Source of the DNA: the human T2T-CHM13v2.0 reference genome, Homo sapiens
Direction: 5' to 3' (one strand)
DNA length: 64,000 bases
NCBI RefSeq assembly: GCF_009914755.1
Contig: NC_060942.1
This document shows, in pieces, positions 14,516 to 27,349 of this stretch (position 1 is its first letter; the number at the start of each line of letters is the position of its first letter). Position numbers and translations under genes: made by a program. The notes below the pieces were generated by a model. The model made no database searches. It saw only the letters and a program-made list of their open reading frames with translations, and was not told the DNA's origin.

Positions 14516-15774
14516 CTCCCAGTATCCCCTAAAACTAAGCTTTTTTATTAATATATGTTTCATTTATTGAAATATACCTGATCTTCCTATAAGTATTATT
14601 TACTCATTCTCTTTTGGTCTATAAATGCCACTTCTTGGATGAATAACACATATGAAGCAGGGAAAATAGGATATTTCATAGGTAAAAAAGGTTTCAGTTC
14701 CTTTTTTAATATATAATGTAACATTATTATACTCATTATTATTATAAGTAATAATGTCTACATTCTTCTTTTGCAGAGTATAGACATTTCTTGTTCCTTT
14801 ATTGATATCTTTAAACATTAGCTTTACTAAGAACATATTTATAATTAAGAGTAAATTAACACATATAAACTGATCAAGCTGTTGAAAAAATTATACATGT
14901 TTAGTTTTTGTTTAATCTGAAGGTACTTTAGAAAACGTTAGGAGAAACAGTTTTAAAATTCATGAAAAGTCTTAGTAAGAATGATAATGGGACAATTAAA
15001 ACAGTAGTGTGGGTTTTTGTTTTCTATTTTTTAGTTTTTCCTATTTCTCCTGTGTGAGGTGATGTTCACAGAAGTTCACTATTTCAACCTAGACAATAAA
15101 TCTGCCATCCAGAATGGAGATCTAAAATGTATTCTGGAAACTTACATTGTGTACTTTCTCAAACTTGAAATTTAGTGCTTTTGATCAAATTGTAATGCCA
15201 GTGGCTGAACCCACATTTTGTTGAAGGTTTTATTTTATTCAAATCTATCAAGTGAAACTTTACACAGAGAAGTCTGGAAATACTAATTTTTCACTCAACA
15301 AATGTGGTGGTTAGGTCTCTCTGGGCTAGTTTTTTATTCAATGAAGGAATTTTTATTGGTAAATCTTAAACCTACCACAGCATACTTTTCTTTTTAACTA
15401 ACAATGTTAAGGAAATTTACTTTAAAAATAGCATTGGTTTCATTTTAAAGTTTACATTTCTATGAGTGTTTGCTATGGAAATACCATCTGCGGTTTATAT
15501 ACACCTATTTTCCTGTTTGACATTTTATATTTTTCTTCATCCTTATTTTTCACCCCCTTTCTTTCTTCTTTCTGTTGTATGTTAATGATGATCTACTTTC
15601 TGCTCCACTTTAGGGTTGTAAGTTTCCCAACCCTGCCTTTCCTGTCAGGGCCTGTTGGGATAGAAAGAGGGGAAAGGAGGAGAGTGAAGGGAAGATGCAC
15701 CTGTACGGTGTCAGTTGCTGTCTTTATCTCTGATTCAATAATTTCTGTCTACAATTAGCCTTGGCACTGATAAG

Positions 15775-15777
<3 letters not shown>

Positions 15778-15815
<38 letters not shown>

Positions 15816-15836
15816 TGTCTGTGTGTGTGTGTGTGT
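15778..15836. repeat. (TG)n microsatellite
   Basis: About 29 TG units with two TC interruptions. Confidence 0.97.
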
Positions 15837-16545
15837 TGGGGGGTATCAGCCCTCACTTTTCAATGTCCTGTTACAGTCTTTCAAATTACCTATTTTTCAC
15901 CTTTTTCTATTTTATAAATCCAGTGGTCATAAATTAGGGATCAAAGACTGAAAAGGGGCATTTCTAGATTTGAGGAGGTCACTAAGATCACAGGCTTCAT
16001 TGAGGACAACTGGGGCAAAATCTGCCCCCAGTGTGTGAGGAGCTGGAAGGAATCTGATCTCTGGTTTACTTTTTCCAGGTTTATACTTTGATGTGAGTGG
16101 ATTATCCTTTTATTATTTTCATTAATATGAAATAACCAAAAGTTCCTTTTTTAAACTTTTAGTGCTGACTTTAGATGTTTACCCCTTTGCTGAGGAATGT
16201 TCCATCGATGTTTATAGAAGTTATGCAAGGCAATTTCTGGAGAGAGTCAGGAAAGAGGCCCTGAGAAGCAGGTAACAGGTTATTTCATCAGCTGGAAAGC
16301 TTTGGACTCTGGATCTCCAATTCTAGAGCGGGAGATCTTAGCCCCTCCACATTTTGAAGATCTCTGCCCTGCCTGACATCTTTCAGAGTTTCAGGGAGCA
16401 TCTTGCTTTCGCTTTTGACCTCTGCTTCCCACTCATCTGGGTTACTCCCCAAATGCTTTCACAAAAACTCTTTCTGGTGTAGGCACAGTCTAGGTTCTCT
16501 GAGGGTCCCAAACAGCCTTGATGTTCCACTCACATCGAGCCCACA

Positions 16546-16943
16546 TGTCTTAGTCTTCTCAGAACCATGGTAAAATGCCATGGACTGGGCAGCTTAAACA
16601 ACAGAAATTTCTTTCTCACAGTAATGGGAGGTAGACTGTCCAAGATCAAGGTGCTGGCCAGGTAGGTTTCCTTCTCTAGCCTTGTCCCTTGGCTTGTACA
16701 TGACCACAATCTCATAGTGTGTTTCTATGACCTCTTCTTGTGCTCAAGGGGAGAGAAAGGGGGTGGGCTGTCTTGTGTCTCTTCTTAGAAGGGCACTAAT
16801 CCCATAATGAAGGCCCCAACCTCATGACCTCATCTAACCCTAATTGCTTCTTAAAGACCCAGTCTCCAGATACCATTACATTGGGAACTGAGGTTTCAAC
16901 ATATGAAACTGGTCGAGTGGGACACAAATGTTCAGTCTTAACA
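16546..16943 (-). mobile_element. MLT1 (MLT1B-like) MaLR solo LTR
   Basis: tgtcttagt...'gcttaaacaacagaaattt','tccaagatcaaggtgc','atgacctcatctaaccctaat'...ttaaca. Confidence 0.88.
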
Positions 16944-17056
16944 CTGGGTCTCCCTCCCTCTGTTTGGGCTGCTACCCACCATCAATGCTTCCTGCTCCCC
17001 ACTGGTGCCACCAGCTCATTAGGCCATAGTGCTGCTGCCTCAACGTTCTTGTCATG

Positions 17057-17419
17057 TGTTTTAGTCCGTTTTAGTACTGCTATGAAGAAATACCCAAGAC
17101 TGGGTAATTTATAAAGAAAAAGAGGGCCAATGGACTCACAGTTCCACATGGCTGAGGAGGCCTCACAATCATGGGGGGAGGTGAAGGAGGAGCAAAGTCC
17201 TGTCTTACATGGCAGCAGGCAATAGAGCAGTGCAGGGGAACTGCCCTTTATAAAACCATCAGATCCTGTAAGACTTATTCACTATCAGAAGAACAGCAAG
17301 GGAAAAACCTGCCTCCATGATTCAATTACCTCCTACCAGGTCCCTCCCACAACATGTGGGGATTGTGGAAACTACAATTCAAGATGAGATCTGGGTGGGG
17401 ACACAGCCATACCATATCA
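17057..17419 (-). mobile_element. THE1 (THE1C-like) solo LTR
   Basis: tgttttagtccg...ccatatca; perfect 5-bp TSD tcatg at 17052-17056 and 17420-17424. Confidence 0.93.
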
Positions 17420-18009
17420 TCATGATTCACTTATGTTATTCTCTTTGTGTCACTTCCTTTTATGTGAATGTCACTGCTACCTGTACTACTACAGCCAGAA
17501 CTCCTGTTTATTGATCTGTGACCATATTAACAGAGAAATAGGCTCAGGTTTCTGATTGGCTCAGCTCTTATTGATGGAGTCCATAGGGTTCACAGAGCTG
17601 TAGCTTAAGTTTTATACACATAGAACTTTTCTACTAAATGGAAGATAGGTGGGTGCATTGAGAGAGTTTCCATAAAGAACCACGGCTGAACTCAGAAACA
17701 CAAGTTCACTAGTTAGATTGTTTCTAAAAGGATCACAGCATATTTGGTGATTTGGCCATAGGTTGATGCCCCACCCACCTTGTCCAGCTTAAATACTTGC
17801 ATAGTTCTGAATCCCAACTTTTCAAAATCTCTTCCAGAAAACTTTTCAGACTCTGAAGAAATTGTCAGTACAAATACTAAAGGTTCATCAGCTCTTTTTG
17901 TACTTGCTCACATAGGGATAAACAGTCCACTTCCAAGTACTGAAGGTCCATCATCTTCCTACCAGTGATGGACCATGGGCCAGGGCAGGGAGGGTAAGCC
18001 CGTTTCCAT

Positions 18010-18150
18010 AGTGCTGTGTACTTGCAGTGATTTCAAATTAATAGCTTGAAATCAGCCATAGTGGGGAAGTGTGTACACCATGGAAATTGACGGTACTACA
18101 AATCTAAGCTTTTTTGAGGGGAAGGGGTCCAAAATACCAGTATTGTCACC
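18010..18150. mobile_element. MER63-like hAT relic
   Basis: 'tagcttgaaatcagccatagtgggg...tacaccatggaaattgac...ctacaaatc'. Confidence 0.65.
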
Positions 18151-19617
18151 ATGATCGATTATAGGTTACCTCAGAAATTTGCCTGGCTTCCCCATTCACA
18201 TTGGCATTACTATTTTACTTCATTTAGAGTCCTGTTTCTTTTGTTAATTACAGAATAAAATTTACATTTGTAGGTTTTTCCTTATCCTTCTCTTTCTAAT
18301 GCATATCGAAAGCCCTGTTCAGATTTTCATGAATTTTGTAATTTTGGCCATACACGATTTGGTATGTCTTAGGTTGATATTTTATTAGCTGACACAAGTT
18401 AATATTTCTTTAGAAGGTGATGGAAGAAAACAGCAGTATTTTTTCCAATATATTTCCTCTAAAATACATTAGGAAGAACAGTTTTGAAGTGGTGAATAGT
18501 TTTTGGAGACAAAAATTCTAAAAAAAAAAAAAAACCCTATCTTTACATAAATACAGTTTTAGACAAATTCTGCCGTATTCACTGCAACATTGTAGGCTGC
18601 CATGTCATAGTTTTACATATTCAGAAGACATGCCCATTGTTCATAAGCTGAGATTGCTTGAGAATCAGATTTTGCAAAAGAATTGTCCTGATATATTTTC
18701 TATTTTAAGAGTTTAAGAATGTCTGAAGAAAACAAAAAAAAAGCAAAACAAACTTCTTGCTGTAATGGGTGAATGCTCTGTTTGCATTGATTCTGACTTC
18801 TTCTCAGTGGTGAAACGCCAGACCTCACAAGGATATCATTAGACAGCAGTCACAGCTCATGCCACCATCAGGAGGAACTCTAGTCCACATTGTTTTAACT
18901 GGCAAACTCAATTCCTCACAAAGGCCAGAAGCAGTTTGGCTAAATTTGAATTGTTATATAAATATATGTTGGATAGGATACTCAAAATTTAGAAAGAAAA
19001 AACTTTAACACTGGACTGTGGAAAGCTGAAGATAATAATTATGAAAAAATGTTTCAAGTTAAGAAGGGGTTTTAATAAATTTGTAAAATGGCATGCCTTT
19101 TAGGGAAATTTGATTCATTAATATATGCCTGTTAGCATATACTTAAGCTAGAAAATACTTTTTTATTACGTAATACAAACTATTCACTTAAAAAAATCTT
19201 AAGATCAAAGACAAAAGTTATGACCATCTACATACTAATATAATAATTTCCCAAGTATTTGAATTACCTCCATTATGTGCAACTAAAACAAGCAAAAAAT
19301 ATAAATATAAATATAACTGATTCTATTTAGTTTTGTTTCTTTTAATTGAATAAAAACATTTTGAGATCAATGTAATAAAATTGTGAAGTGTTTTTATTTA
19401 AAGCCTTGTATTGGGTTTTATATCCAACTTTAGCAAATTTGACCTGCTAATTTCCAAGTGGGTTGAATTTTGCGTATGGGTGATATGTGTGTGCTTATTT
19501 CTGTCATGAATTTTACAAGAATGACTCATGTCTCATTGTGAATGCCCTCAGAAGGCCACAGTCCCTGAGCATTTGCTGCCGGCAGCGGAGGAGCAGATGG
19601 AGTTAATTAACATTAAC

Positions 19618-19763
19618 CAATGGCATGGTATATATACTAAACATTCAGTAAGTGTTATCTACATTATCTGCAATGGCATGGTATATACTAAACATTCAGT
19701 AAGTGTTATCTACATTATCTACAATGGCATGGTTTATACTAAACATTCAGTAAGTGTTATCTA
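19618..19763. repeat. 51-bp minisatellite, about 2.8 copies
   Basis: Unit caatggcatggtatatactaaacattcagtaagtgttatctacattatct(g/a) starting at 19618, 19671 and 19722. Confidence 0.95.
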
Positions 19764-20978
19764 TTAATAGTAATAATAAACACAATGAAAGGAAAATAGT
19801 TTAAATTAACCAACCAATGTTATCAGTGCAGAACATCTATGGAGTTTGCTTAGATGATTAATAAATACTTTCACTGTCTTATCTAGAGGAAATGTGTAAT
19901 TTTTGCACTTTTCCATCTCGATTGGCTAAAGTGCCCTTCACAGCAGAAAGCTAACTATTGAAGAATGATATTGCCTGTCATTTTCTGATATAATAAATAC
20001 ATGTTTGTGTATATAATAAAATAGTTTCTTTTATGCATCATTGTATTCCTTCTAGCGAACATAGTTCTAGGCATTGAAATAATGTTTTCTAAAAAATCAG
20101 TAGAAGTACTTATGGCTAAATTTGAGATTCTGAAATGTTGTCTCGTCACATTTGTATTATATGTCCTATGTATGATATGAGTCTCATCATAAATTTGCAA
20201 AATGTTTAGGTTGTTAGCAGTGCGTTTCCTAAGGAAGAAACAAGAATCTGTGCTGAATATTAATTCCAGGCATGACTGAGGGTTTTCCAAATTGCAGTAG
20301 TCATTTAGCAGGCTGTTATTTGACACAAGACTATGGCCTTGGAGATTGTTTATTGTATCTGCTGATTTGGAATTTGTTTAGAATAGGTTGCCCAGGAATG
20401 TTTCTGAACATGCTGTCTATAAATATATAAATCATCTTTTTTCTTAACTATGCTATCTAAATATATAAATCAACTTTTTTGCCAACTGGCTAGACATTAC
20501 CGCTGAGTAAATGGCAATCAATGTGCAGAGAACCAAAAGAATATTAAATATGAGTATTTCCAATAGAGAACTCAGATAGTTTTATTATGGCTATATCTGT
20601 TACAAAGTGTTCATTCCCAAATCTGTCTCTTTGCAAAGCTAATTGTATGCCAGCAGCAGATAGAAAACTGAAGAAATGAGTAGTGTGAATCGACAATTCT
20701 AATTGTTATCTTATTTGCAGATAAACAACGCATGTAAAAAGACTAATGTACTGTATTGACTTATTGAAAATATACGATAGGAACCATAAAAATCACAATA
20801 CTATTTATATGAAAACAAAGTGTCACACAATTAATTTTAAATTTATGGATATCATACACAATGTAAAATAATGTGAGATGTCACCTTCTTAGACAGCAAA
20901 GAACAATATTGCTTCTGCAGAGACTGTACAATCTGTATCTGCAAGCTCCAATTCTAATAAACCCCTTATTTCTTTTAA

Positions 20979-21416
20979 AAATTTATTTTATTTTATCTTA
21001 TTTTATTTTATTTTATTATTTTTCTAACCTTCACTTTAGGTTCAGGGCATAGATGTGCAGGTTTGTTATATGAGTAAATTGCCTGTCACGGGAGTTTGAT
21101 GTACAGATTACTTTGTCATTCAGATAATAAGCATAGTACCCGATAGGTAGTTTTTCAATCCTCACCCTCCATCCTCAACATAGGCCCTGATGTCCATTGT
21201 TCCCTGTTTTGTGTCCATGTGTAATCGATCTTTAGCTCCAACTGAGAACATGCAGAATTTTGTTTTCTGTTCATGAATTAATTCACTTAGACTAATGACC
21301 TCCAACTGCATTCATGTTGCTGCAAAGGACATGGTTTCATTCTTTTTCTATGGCTGCATAATATTCCATGGTGTATATGTACCAAATTTTCTTTACCCAG
21401 TCCACCATTGGTGGGC
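20979..21416 (-). mobile_element. L1PA15/16-like 3' end
   Basis: (tttta)n tail, 'gtgcaggtttgttata', 'taagcatagtacccgataggtagtttttc', 'tatggctgcata'. Confidence 0.88.
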
Positions 21417-21967
21417 TTTTTTATAGCTTTGGATTTTTAAGGATGGTGTAAGAAATACTCAAAAGGAACGTTTTCTTTTCTTGAGTATTTAGCTTCAAAC
21501 CCAGCTCTGTCATTTACTACCTGTGCTTTTTCCTTTTCAAATGAGAATAGTAATACTACCTGCCTTATATTTAAGAATCTTAAATGAAAATATAAACTTA
21601 TTGTCACAGCAAATGCCCTCAAAATATTAGCTATCACATCTATATAAACATCATGATGATGTCATTGTATGACAGTCACCAACAATATTAAGATCTTTCC
21701 AGAACCTCCCAGGTGAAGTTTATAATCTCTCTATATCAACATAGAAGCACAATATTCATATTCATCTTTGAGTAGCACTTTAAAAGATTATAAAATATTT
21801 TAAAAGACATTACCTTATTTAATCCCTTTTGTAAACTTACACGTTTGGCATGGCTAATTGTATATTTTTTTCTAAGAAGTAAGGGAGGTTCAAACAGGCA
21901 GTAAACACAGCCTGTCCAACAATGCACCATGTTTAGTGGCCAAGACATGGACATCCATGCATTACAA

Positions 21968-22152
21968 CAGTCATTCTCATAGTGTGGTCCCCAGAAAAAG
22001 AGCACTAGCATTGCCTGAAAACTTGTTAGAAATTCAGATATTCAGCCTCAACCAGATCTGCTAAATCACAAACTCTGGGAGTGGAACACCATAATCTGAT
22101 TTTTTAGCCACTCTAGGGGATATTAATACATGCTAAAATTTGAGAATCATTG
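21968..22152. mobile_element. MER5A hAT-Charlie
   Basis: 'cagtcattctcatagtgtggtcccc...acttgttagaaattcaga...aatttgagaatcattg'. Confidence 0.85.
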
Positions 22153-22391
22153 CACTAGACAAGGCAACTAAGGATAATATCTGAAATATGAGCAACACTC
22201 AATAATTATCATTTTTTTCAAAATCATAGAGATACATATATGAAATTAGTATGCCCATCTTTTAGAAATCAGCTATATATAAGAATTTTGATATCTCCTA
22301 AATTGGTGAATATATTTACAAATAATAGAAAATTACAAGCAACAAATAGGAAATAAATTTTTGTGGCTTTTTTCATGCCACACCCACAATG

Positions 22392-22535
22392 GTTTTATTT
22401 TATTTTATTCCAGCTTTATGGAGCAATCATTGACAAACAACACTGTATATATTTAAGATGTACAATGTGATGATATAATATGCATATACATTGTGAAATG
22501 ATTACCATAATCAAGCAAATTAACACATAATCATG
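22392..22535 (-). mobile_element. L1MA-like 3' end fragment
   Basis: 'tgtatatatttaagatgtacaatgtgatg...tatacattgtgaaatgattacca'. Confidence 0.75.
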
Positions 22536-22785
22536 CATTCAGATAGCAATTTTATTCACACAGGCCACTTTACTTCAAAGGAGAGTAACCTGGGGTCTGT
22601 TTCAGGAATGTTAAAGTTCTACATACAATGACTGAAGCCTAAAATCTAAATGAGATATTTTGTCTTCTAATATTAACAAATTTGGCAAATATAAAAGTAT
22701 TTTTTGTCTTGCACAATTTTCAGATTAGTGCTTCTTTCTTAACTGCAAGTTAAACCCACTTAAGATTTTTAAAGAAGATTTGGTA

Positions 22786-23091
22786 GGCCAGGCTTGGTGG
22801 CTCATGCCTGTAATCCTAGAACTTTGGGAGGCCAAGGTGAGCAGATCATCTGAGGTCAGGAGTTTGAGACCAGTCTGGCCAACATGGTGAAACTCCATCT
22901 CTACTAAAAATACAAAAATTAGCCAGGTGTGATAGCACACACCTGTAATCCCAGCTATTTGGCAGGCTGAGGCACAAGAATTGCTTGAACCCAGGAGACA
23001 GAGGTTGCAGTGAGCCAAAATCAAGCCACTACACTCCAGCCTGGGTGATAGAGTGAGATTCTGTCTCAAAAAACAAACAAACAAAAAAAAA
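22786..23091 (+). mobile_element. AluS (Sx/Sz-like)
   Basis: Full dimer ggccaggc...tgaggtcaggagtttgagaccag...A-rich tail. Confidence 0.95.
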
Positions 23092-23402
23092 GTTTTACTA
23101 CATAATAGCTTATGTTTTTGAACAATTACTGTCTATAGTTAGGCACAAGGGAGAATAGGGCATTTTATTTTCTGGAATTACTGACAAATTATTTCTTCAA
23201 ATTCTTCCCTTCTATGATTTCTTCTTGATCGTGTTGTCTTATCTTCCTGTACTCATTAATTAAATGACTTGGTTAAATATATTGGTATGGGGCAATGTAT
23301 AATCACAGTCTTATTACCTGCTCATTTTTCTCAAAAACTTAAATGATATAATTACCCTTATCTTCTTACATAGCTATTGATGCATTTATTTTTTAATCAT
23401 AC

Positions 23403-25073
23403 TGTTGCAGGATCCTTGGGGTGACGCATTTCTGGACAGAAACCTCTGTGGCCAGTGGCACCTTTGTGTGAGTTTTGCTTGGGCCCAATGGGCTCATTGC
23501 ACCCACTTAGCTTGGCAGGCTCTACTCGGCTCACACTACTGGCCTGGATCCCACACCTGCCAAGTGCGAGCCAGGTGTGGAGCAGCAAGGGGTGTGTGAG
23601 GGAGCAAGCATTGGGTCCAGCAACTGCACAGTCACGCATGCTGGCTGACACAGCAGGATGGGCACCTCCAGGTGCTGGAACAGGTGCCTGCTCTCTGCAA
23701 GGCTGTGGCTGGACCAGGTTCACCACAGGCAGCTTCAACAGCTGCCCCCAGGGAACGCAGTGGAAGCCTGGGGACTCCAGGAAATGCAAAGCCCCAAAGA
23801 GGGAGTCACAGTCTTGGCTTGGGGAGCTCCCAGGTCTGGAGAGGGCCACAGCTCTCCTCTCCCCTTCACCTTCAATGTGGCGAGCAAGGGGCATGTTTCA
23901 GCCCTGTATGTGTTACAGCTCTTTCAGCCCTGCCGTTCCACATTTCTCGAGTTCTTTTCCTGCATCCAGGAAGAATGAGGTATGCAGATAAGTGGAGGGT
24001 GAGCAAGGTGAAGAGGAGCTTTACTGAGTGACAGAATACCTCAGAGGAGGCCCTGGAGTGGGTAGCTCCTCTCTGCAGCTGGTTGTCCCAGTGGCTGCTC
24101 AGCTCTGGCTGAGCCTGGGGCTTCTATAGGCATTCAAAGGGGAGGAAGTGCACACTGATTGGTCCATGGGCAGCTATAGGCGGGCCCAGAAAAGGCACCA
24201 CAAGTTCCCACTCCTGTCAGCGGGACTGGTAGCCCTGCCTGCAGCCTTCAGGCCCTTCCCAGCCTGAAAGTAGGCTTGGACATCCCGTTCTGCCCAGGTA
24301 CCTGTCTGCCTCTGCTGCCATTCATGGCATCCAGGCTGTTCACGCCAAGAGGAGCCTGCAGGCCAGCACTGAACTACCTGCAACACCCCCTCAACTTCCC
24401 TCCTATGCTCATCAGCACCCAAAGTCCAGAGGGGGCTGTGTGGGCAGGGGCTGGTGTGTCAGCACTGCCCCAAGTGTGCGCACACCCAGCCAGACTGGGA
24501 CAGCACCTGGGCTCAGCCCCAACTTTTCTGAGATTTGAGCAGGTGCCGGGAATGGAGAGAGGGAAGGCAGCGAAAGCAGACACTTCTGAAACTTGCGGGG
24601 GGAGATGCCTGACTCTGCAGGGCATTGTGGCTTGTATGGCTGTAGCTGCACCCAGGAATGTGGGTCTCCTGCCTGCTCTGTGGGCTAGGAGGCCCAGATC
24701 TACCGCCGTGACTTGGGCATCTGCAGCTGCCCCAGGAGGGCAGGTTTCCTGCCTGCTCCCAGGCCCCCCACTTTGAGATGTCACCGTCAACGAGGGAGGC
24801 CTGGGTTCACAGGCACAACCTGAGTGTCTGTAGCTGTGACCAGGAGGACAGGGATCCTGCCTGCTTTGTGGAGTGGGATGCCCGGGTCCACAGCCATGAC
24901 GTGGGCAGCTGCAGCTGCATACCGGGAGTTCCCACCCCACCAACTCGGAAGGGGCGGGGCTCCCACTTGTCCCGGCTACCACCAGGTCTATGGAGGGTGC
25001 AGCCCCAGCGGGGCTTCCCGGCTGCAGCTGATGTGATGGCAGCCGTGGCTCCAGACAGCCGCTGCTGCCATCA
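23403..25073 (-). mobile_element. MER52 (MER52A-like) ERV1 solo LTR, about 1.67 kb
   Basis: Ends tgttgcaggatccttggggtg... and ...cagccgctgctgccatca (TG...CA); GC-rich body typical of MER52. Confidence 0.88.
24122..24162 (-). promoter_or_regulatory. Degenerate LTR core promoter (CCAAT box and TATA-like) in MER52
   Basis: Minus strand ggaCCAATcag at 24158-24162, then 'cctatagaag' about 30 nt downstream; variant polyA signal AGTAAA near 24020. Confidence 0.4.
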
Positions 25074-25124
25074 GTGCTATCTCGTTCAGCTATTTTCAGT
25101 GGACCTATATACACTTAAATTTCA

Positions 25125-25490
25125 CACAGTTCCCCAAATGGACAATGCTTTCTAACACCCATGTTTTTGGACACAATGTTTTTTCTATCTTTTTTCTTGA
25201 CTAATCTCCATTCATTCCTCTAAACCCATTTCATATGACATTATTACCAGAAAATTCTTCATAATCCTCTCCATAATGGGTAGGGTGATTTTTTTCATAT
25301 TTTCTCATGGTATTCTCTGAATCCATCCATCATAGCACATATCATATCACATTGTAGTTACTTTAAATCTCTGCTTCCTCACAGAATGTGAGAATCTTAA
25401 AACATGAATTATATTAGTAATTTTCAGGCTTCCAGAACTCATTCTGTGGCACAGAACATTTATTGAAAATTTGTTGGATGCAATATACAG
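25125..25490 (+). mobile_element. L2 relic
   Basis: Degenerate L2 3' region ending 'tggcacagaacatttattgaaaatttgttggatg'. Confidence 0.55.
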
Positions 25491-25564
25491 GTTGTAAATA
25501 ATATGTAGTCAGGAATGATATGTTTAGTAGCAAGTACTTATACAGGCAAAAACATGAGTTAACA

Positions 25565-25730
25565 CTGTTGCATTAGAATGTACTAGGCATTGTTCTAAGC
25601 ATATTACTAATAAAATATTAATTATTAAAACGGCCTTATGAGGTTGGTATTGCTGTCAGTCTCATTTTATATTAAACAGGTTTGAGTTAGTATTGACCAT
25701 CCATGCCACAAAGACAGTAAGTACAAAAAA
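25565..25730 (-). mobile_element. MIR relic
   Basis: 'tactaggcattgttctaagc...ccttatgaggttggtattgctgtcagtctcatttta'. Confidence 0.6.
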
Positions 25731-26149
25731 ATGCAGATTAGGGTAAATATGTAATCCTTCTAAAATATTGCCTGGAAAGCTACGCATAAGATTATTATCA
25801 AACCTTCTAAACAGCATTTGTCTGAAATATACATTTCTTAAACTTGAGCAAAGTCATTCGAACAGCAGTTTTAAGTAGTCCCTATTACTCTAATAGAGAA
25901 GCTAAAGGGTCAGACTAGAGAAAGAACCAAATGTCGTCTGATGACACACATGCTGTGTCCAGCCCCAATCTCTGGAAACACCCCCCTCTCACACCACCCC
26001 AATGCCACGTTTCACAAGCAGGATCCTTGAAAAGGGAGAATCGTTCATGTGGCTGGAAATGGAGTGTTACTGGGTATAGGGGCTGACTTGGTCTGTGGAA
26101 CGGTGATGTCTCAAGCACTGGTTATTCTCCTGCTCACAGGTTGTCCTCT

Positions 26150-26290
26150 GAAAGGACGGTTACTAATTTATGAACTCCAAGTTGATAGTCATCATGTCCA
26201 TCTTATTCCCCTGCATGGGCCTAACACCTATTGGAAATAGAAGATACTAAATACGTATTTGTTGAATTGCAAAATCAATGAATGGATATT
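26150..26290 (+). mobile_element. L2 3' end
   Basis: 'gcctaacacctattgg...aaatacgtatttgttgaattg...aatgaatg'. Confidence 0.5.
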
Positions 26291-26434
26291 CACTTTACTT
26301 GCTTGATCTGCAGATTCTAGGGAAATTTAGGTCGCACATCAACTTTATTTTAAAAGCTTTTTAAAATATAAAACAGTGTTAAAATTAAAACTTGAGATGT
26401 GTTACTTCATTCTATGCCTTAAAAAAAGAATATT

Positions 26435-26600
26435 GGACAGGTATAGTTGTTCATGCTTGTAATCTCACTACGTTGGGAAGGTGACGTTGGAGGATCACTT
26501 GAAGCTAGGAATTTGAGGCTGCAGTGAGCTATGATTGCACCACTGTACTCCAGCATGGGCAACAGAGCTAGACCTTGTCTCCAAAAAAAGAAAAAAAAAG
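26435..26600 (+). mobile_element. Free right Alu monomer (FRAM-like)
   Basis: Single monomer with 'gaggctgcagtgagctatgattgcaccactgtactccagc' and A tail. Confidence 0.85.
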
Positions 26601-27349
26601 TGAAGACAAATAATATTAAGCTTATCTCTCTCTCTCCACGCACACACAAATACACACACACACAGACACACAAAAAATGAATACTTGTGTGACTCTTAAA
26701 GAAAGAATGTTAATCTTACTATGTGCATAGGAGATCAGAATACTTAGAAAATTCACTTTGGGAAAATTAGATATAGTAAAATGAACTTAATTATTTGATT
26801 TCATTCCAATTAATGAAATAAAATAAAATTTTAATTTTTATTAATGAAAATAAAGTATAATAACAAGTTTGTAAATTTTTAACTTACTTTGTAGTATTGA
26901 AACAAAATAGAACAATTCCTCTTTGAAACCACAAAGGTTTATTTTAATAATGCCTAAAGACAAATCATTATAAACCCAGAAGATTTTCTTTGAAGAACAG
27001 AGTTGGGATGAGTCCCAGACAGGGCCATTCTTATTTTTTATGCAAATAATTTGATATGATAAGGAATACCAAATGATATTTTAAAGACTATAATTCTTTA
27101 TTTTGGAAAATTCAATTATATATGCTCACATATAATTAGATATGATGACAGTGGCTTATTGAAAATATGAGTGTTCTCAGTGAGTTTTAATTGATAACTT
27201 AGTGTATAAGTTACCCCACAATTAAAAGGTCACAGTTAGCCTATATTGGGGGGTAAATTATAATTTTGGGGTGAATTGGTTTAAGGTGATTTTTATAACT
27301 ATTTTCAGAGTCAAAGCATTTTGTACTTCATGGTTAATTCTTCCAGGCA

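Noticed and set aside
19618-19763. Repeat array that could be mistaken for CRISPR
   Set aside because: The units are head-to-tail with no unique spacers, there are no cas genes, and the context is primate.
22725-23084. 119-aa ORF, and similar ORFs at 26419, 35489, 38068 and 40912
   Set aside because: These are antisense Alu translations (LECSG/AHCNL/SASQ-type motifs).
23397-25155. Many overlapping ORFs of 100-246 aa on both strands
   Set aside because: They lie essentially within the GC-rich MER52 LTR, where stop codons are scarce. The longest starts at GTG, and I recognise no domains.
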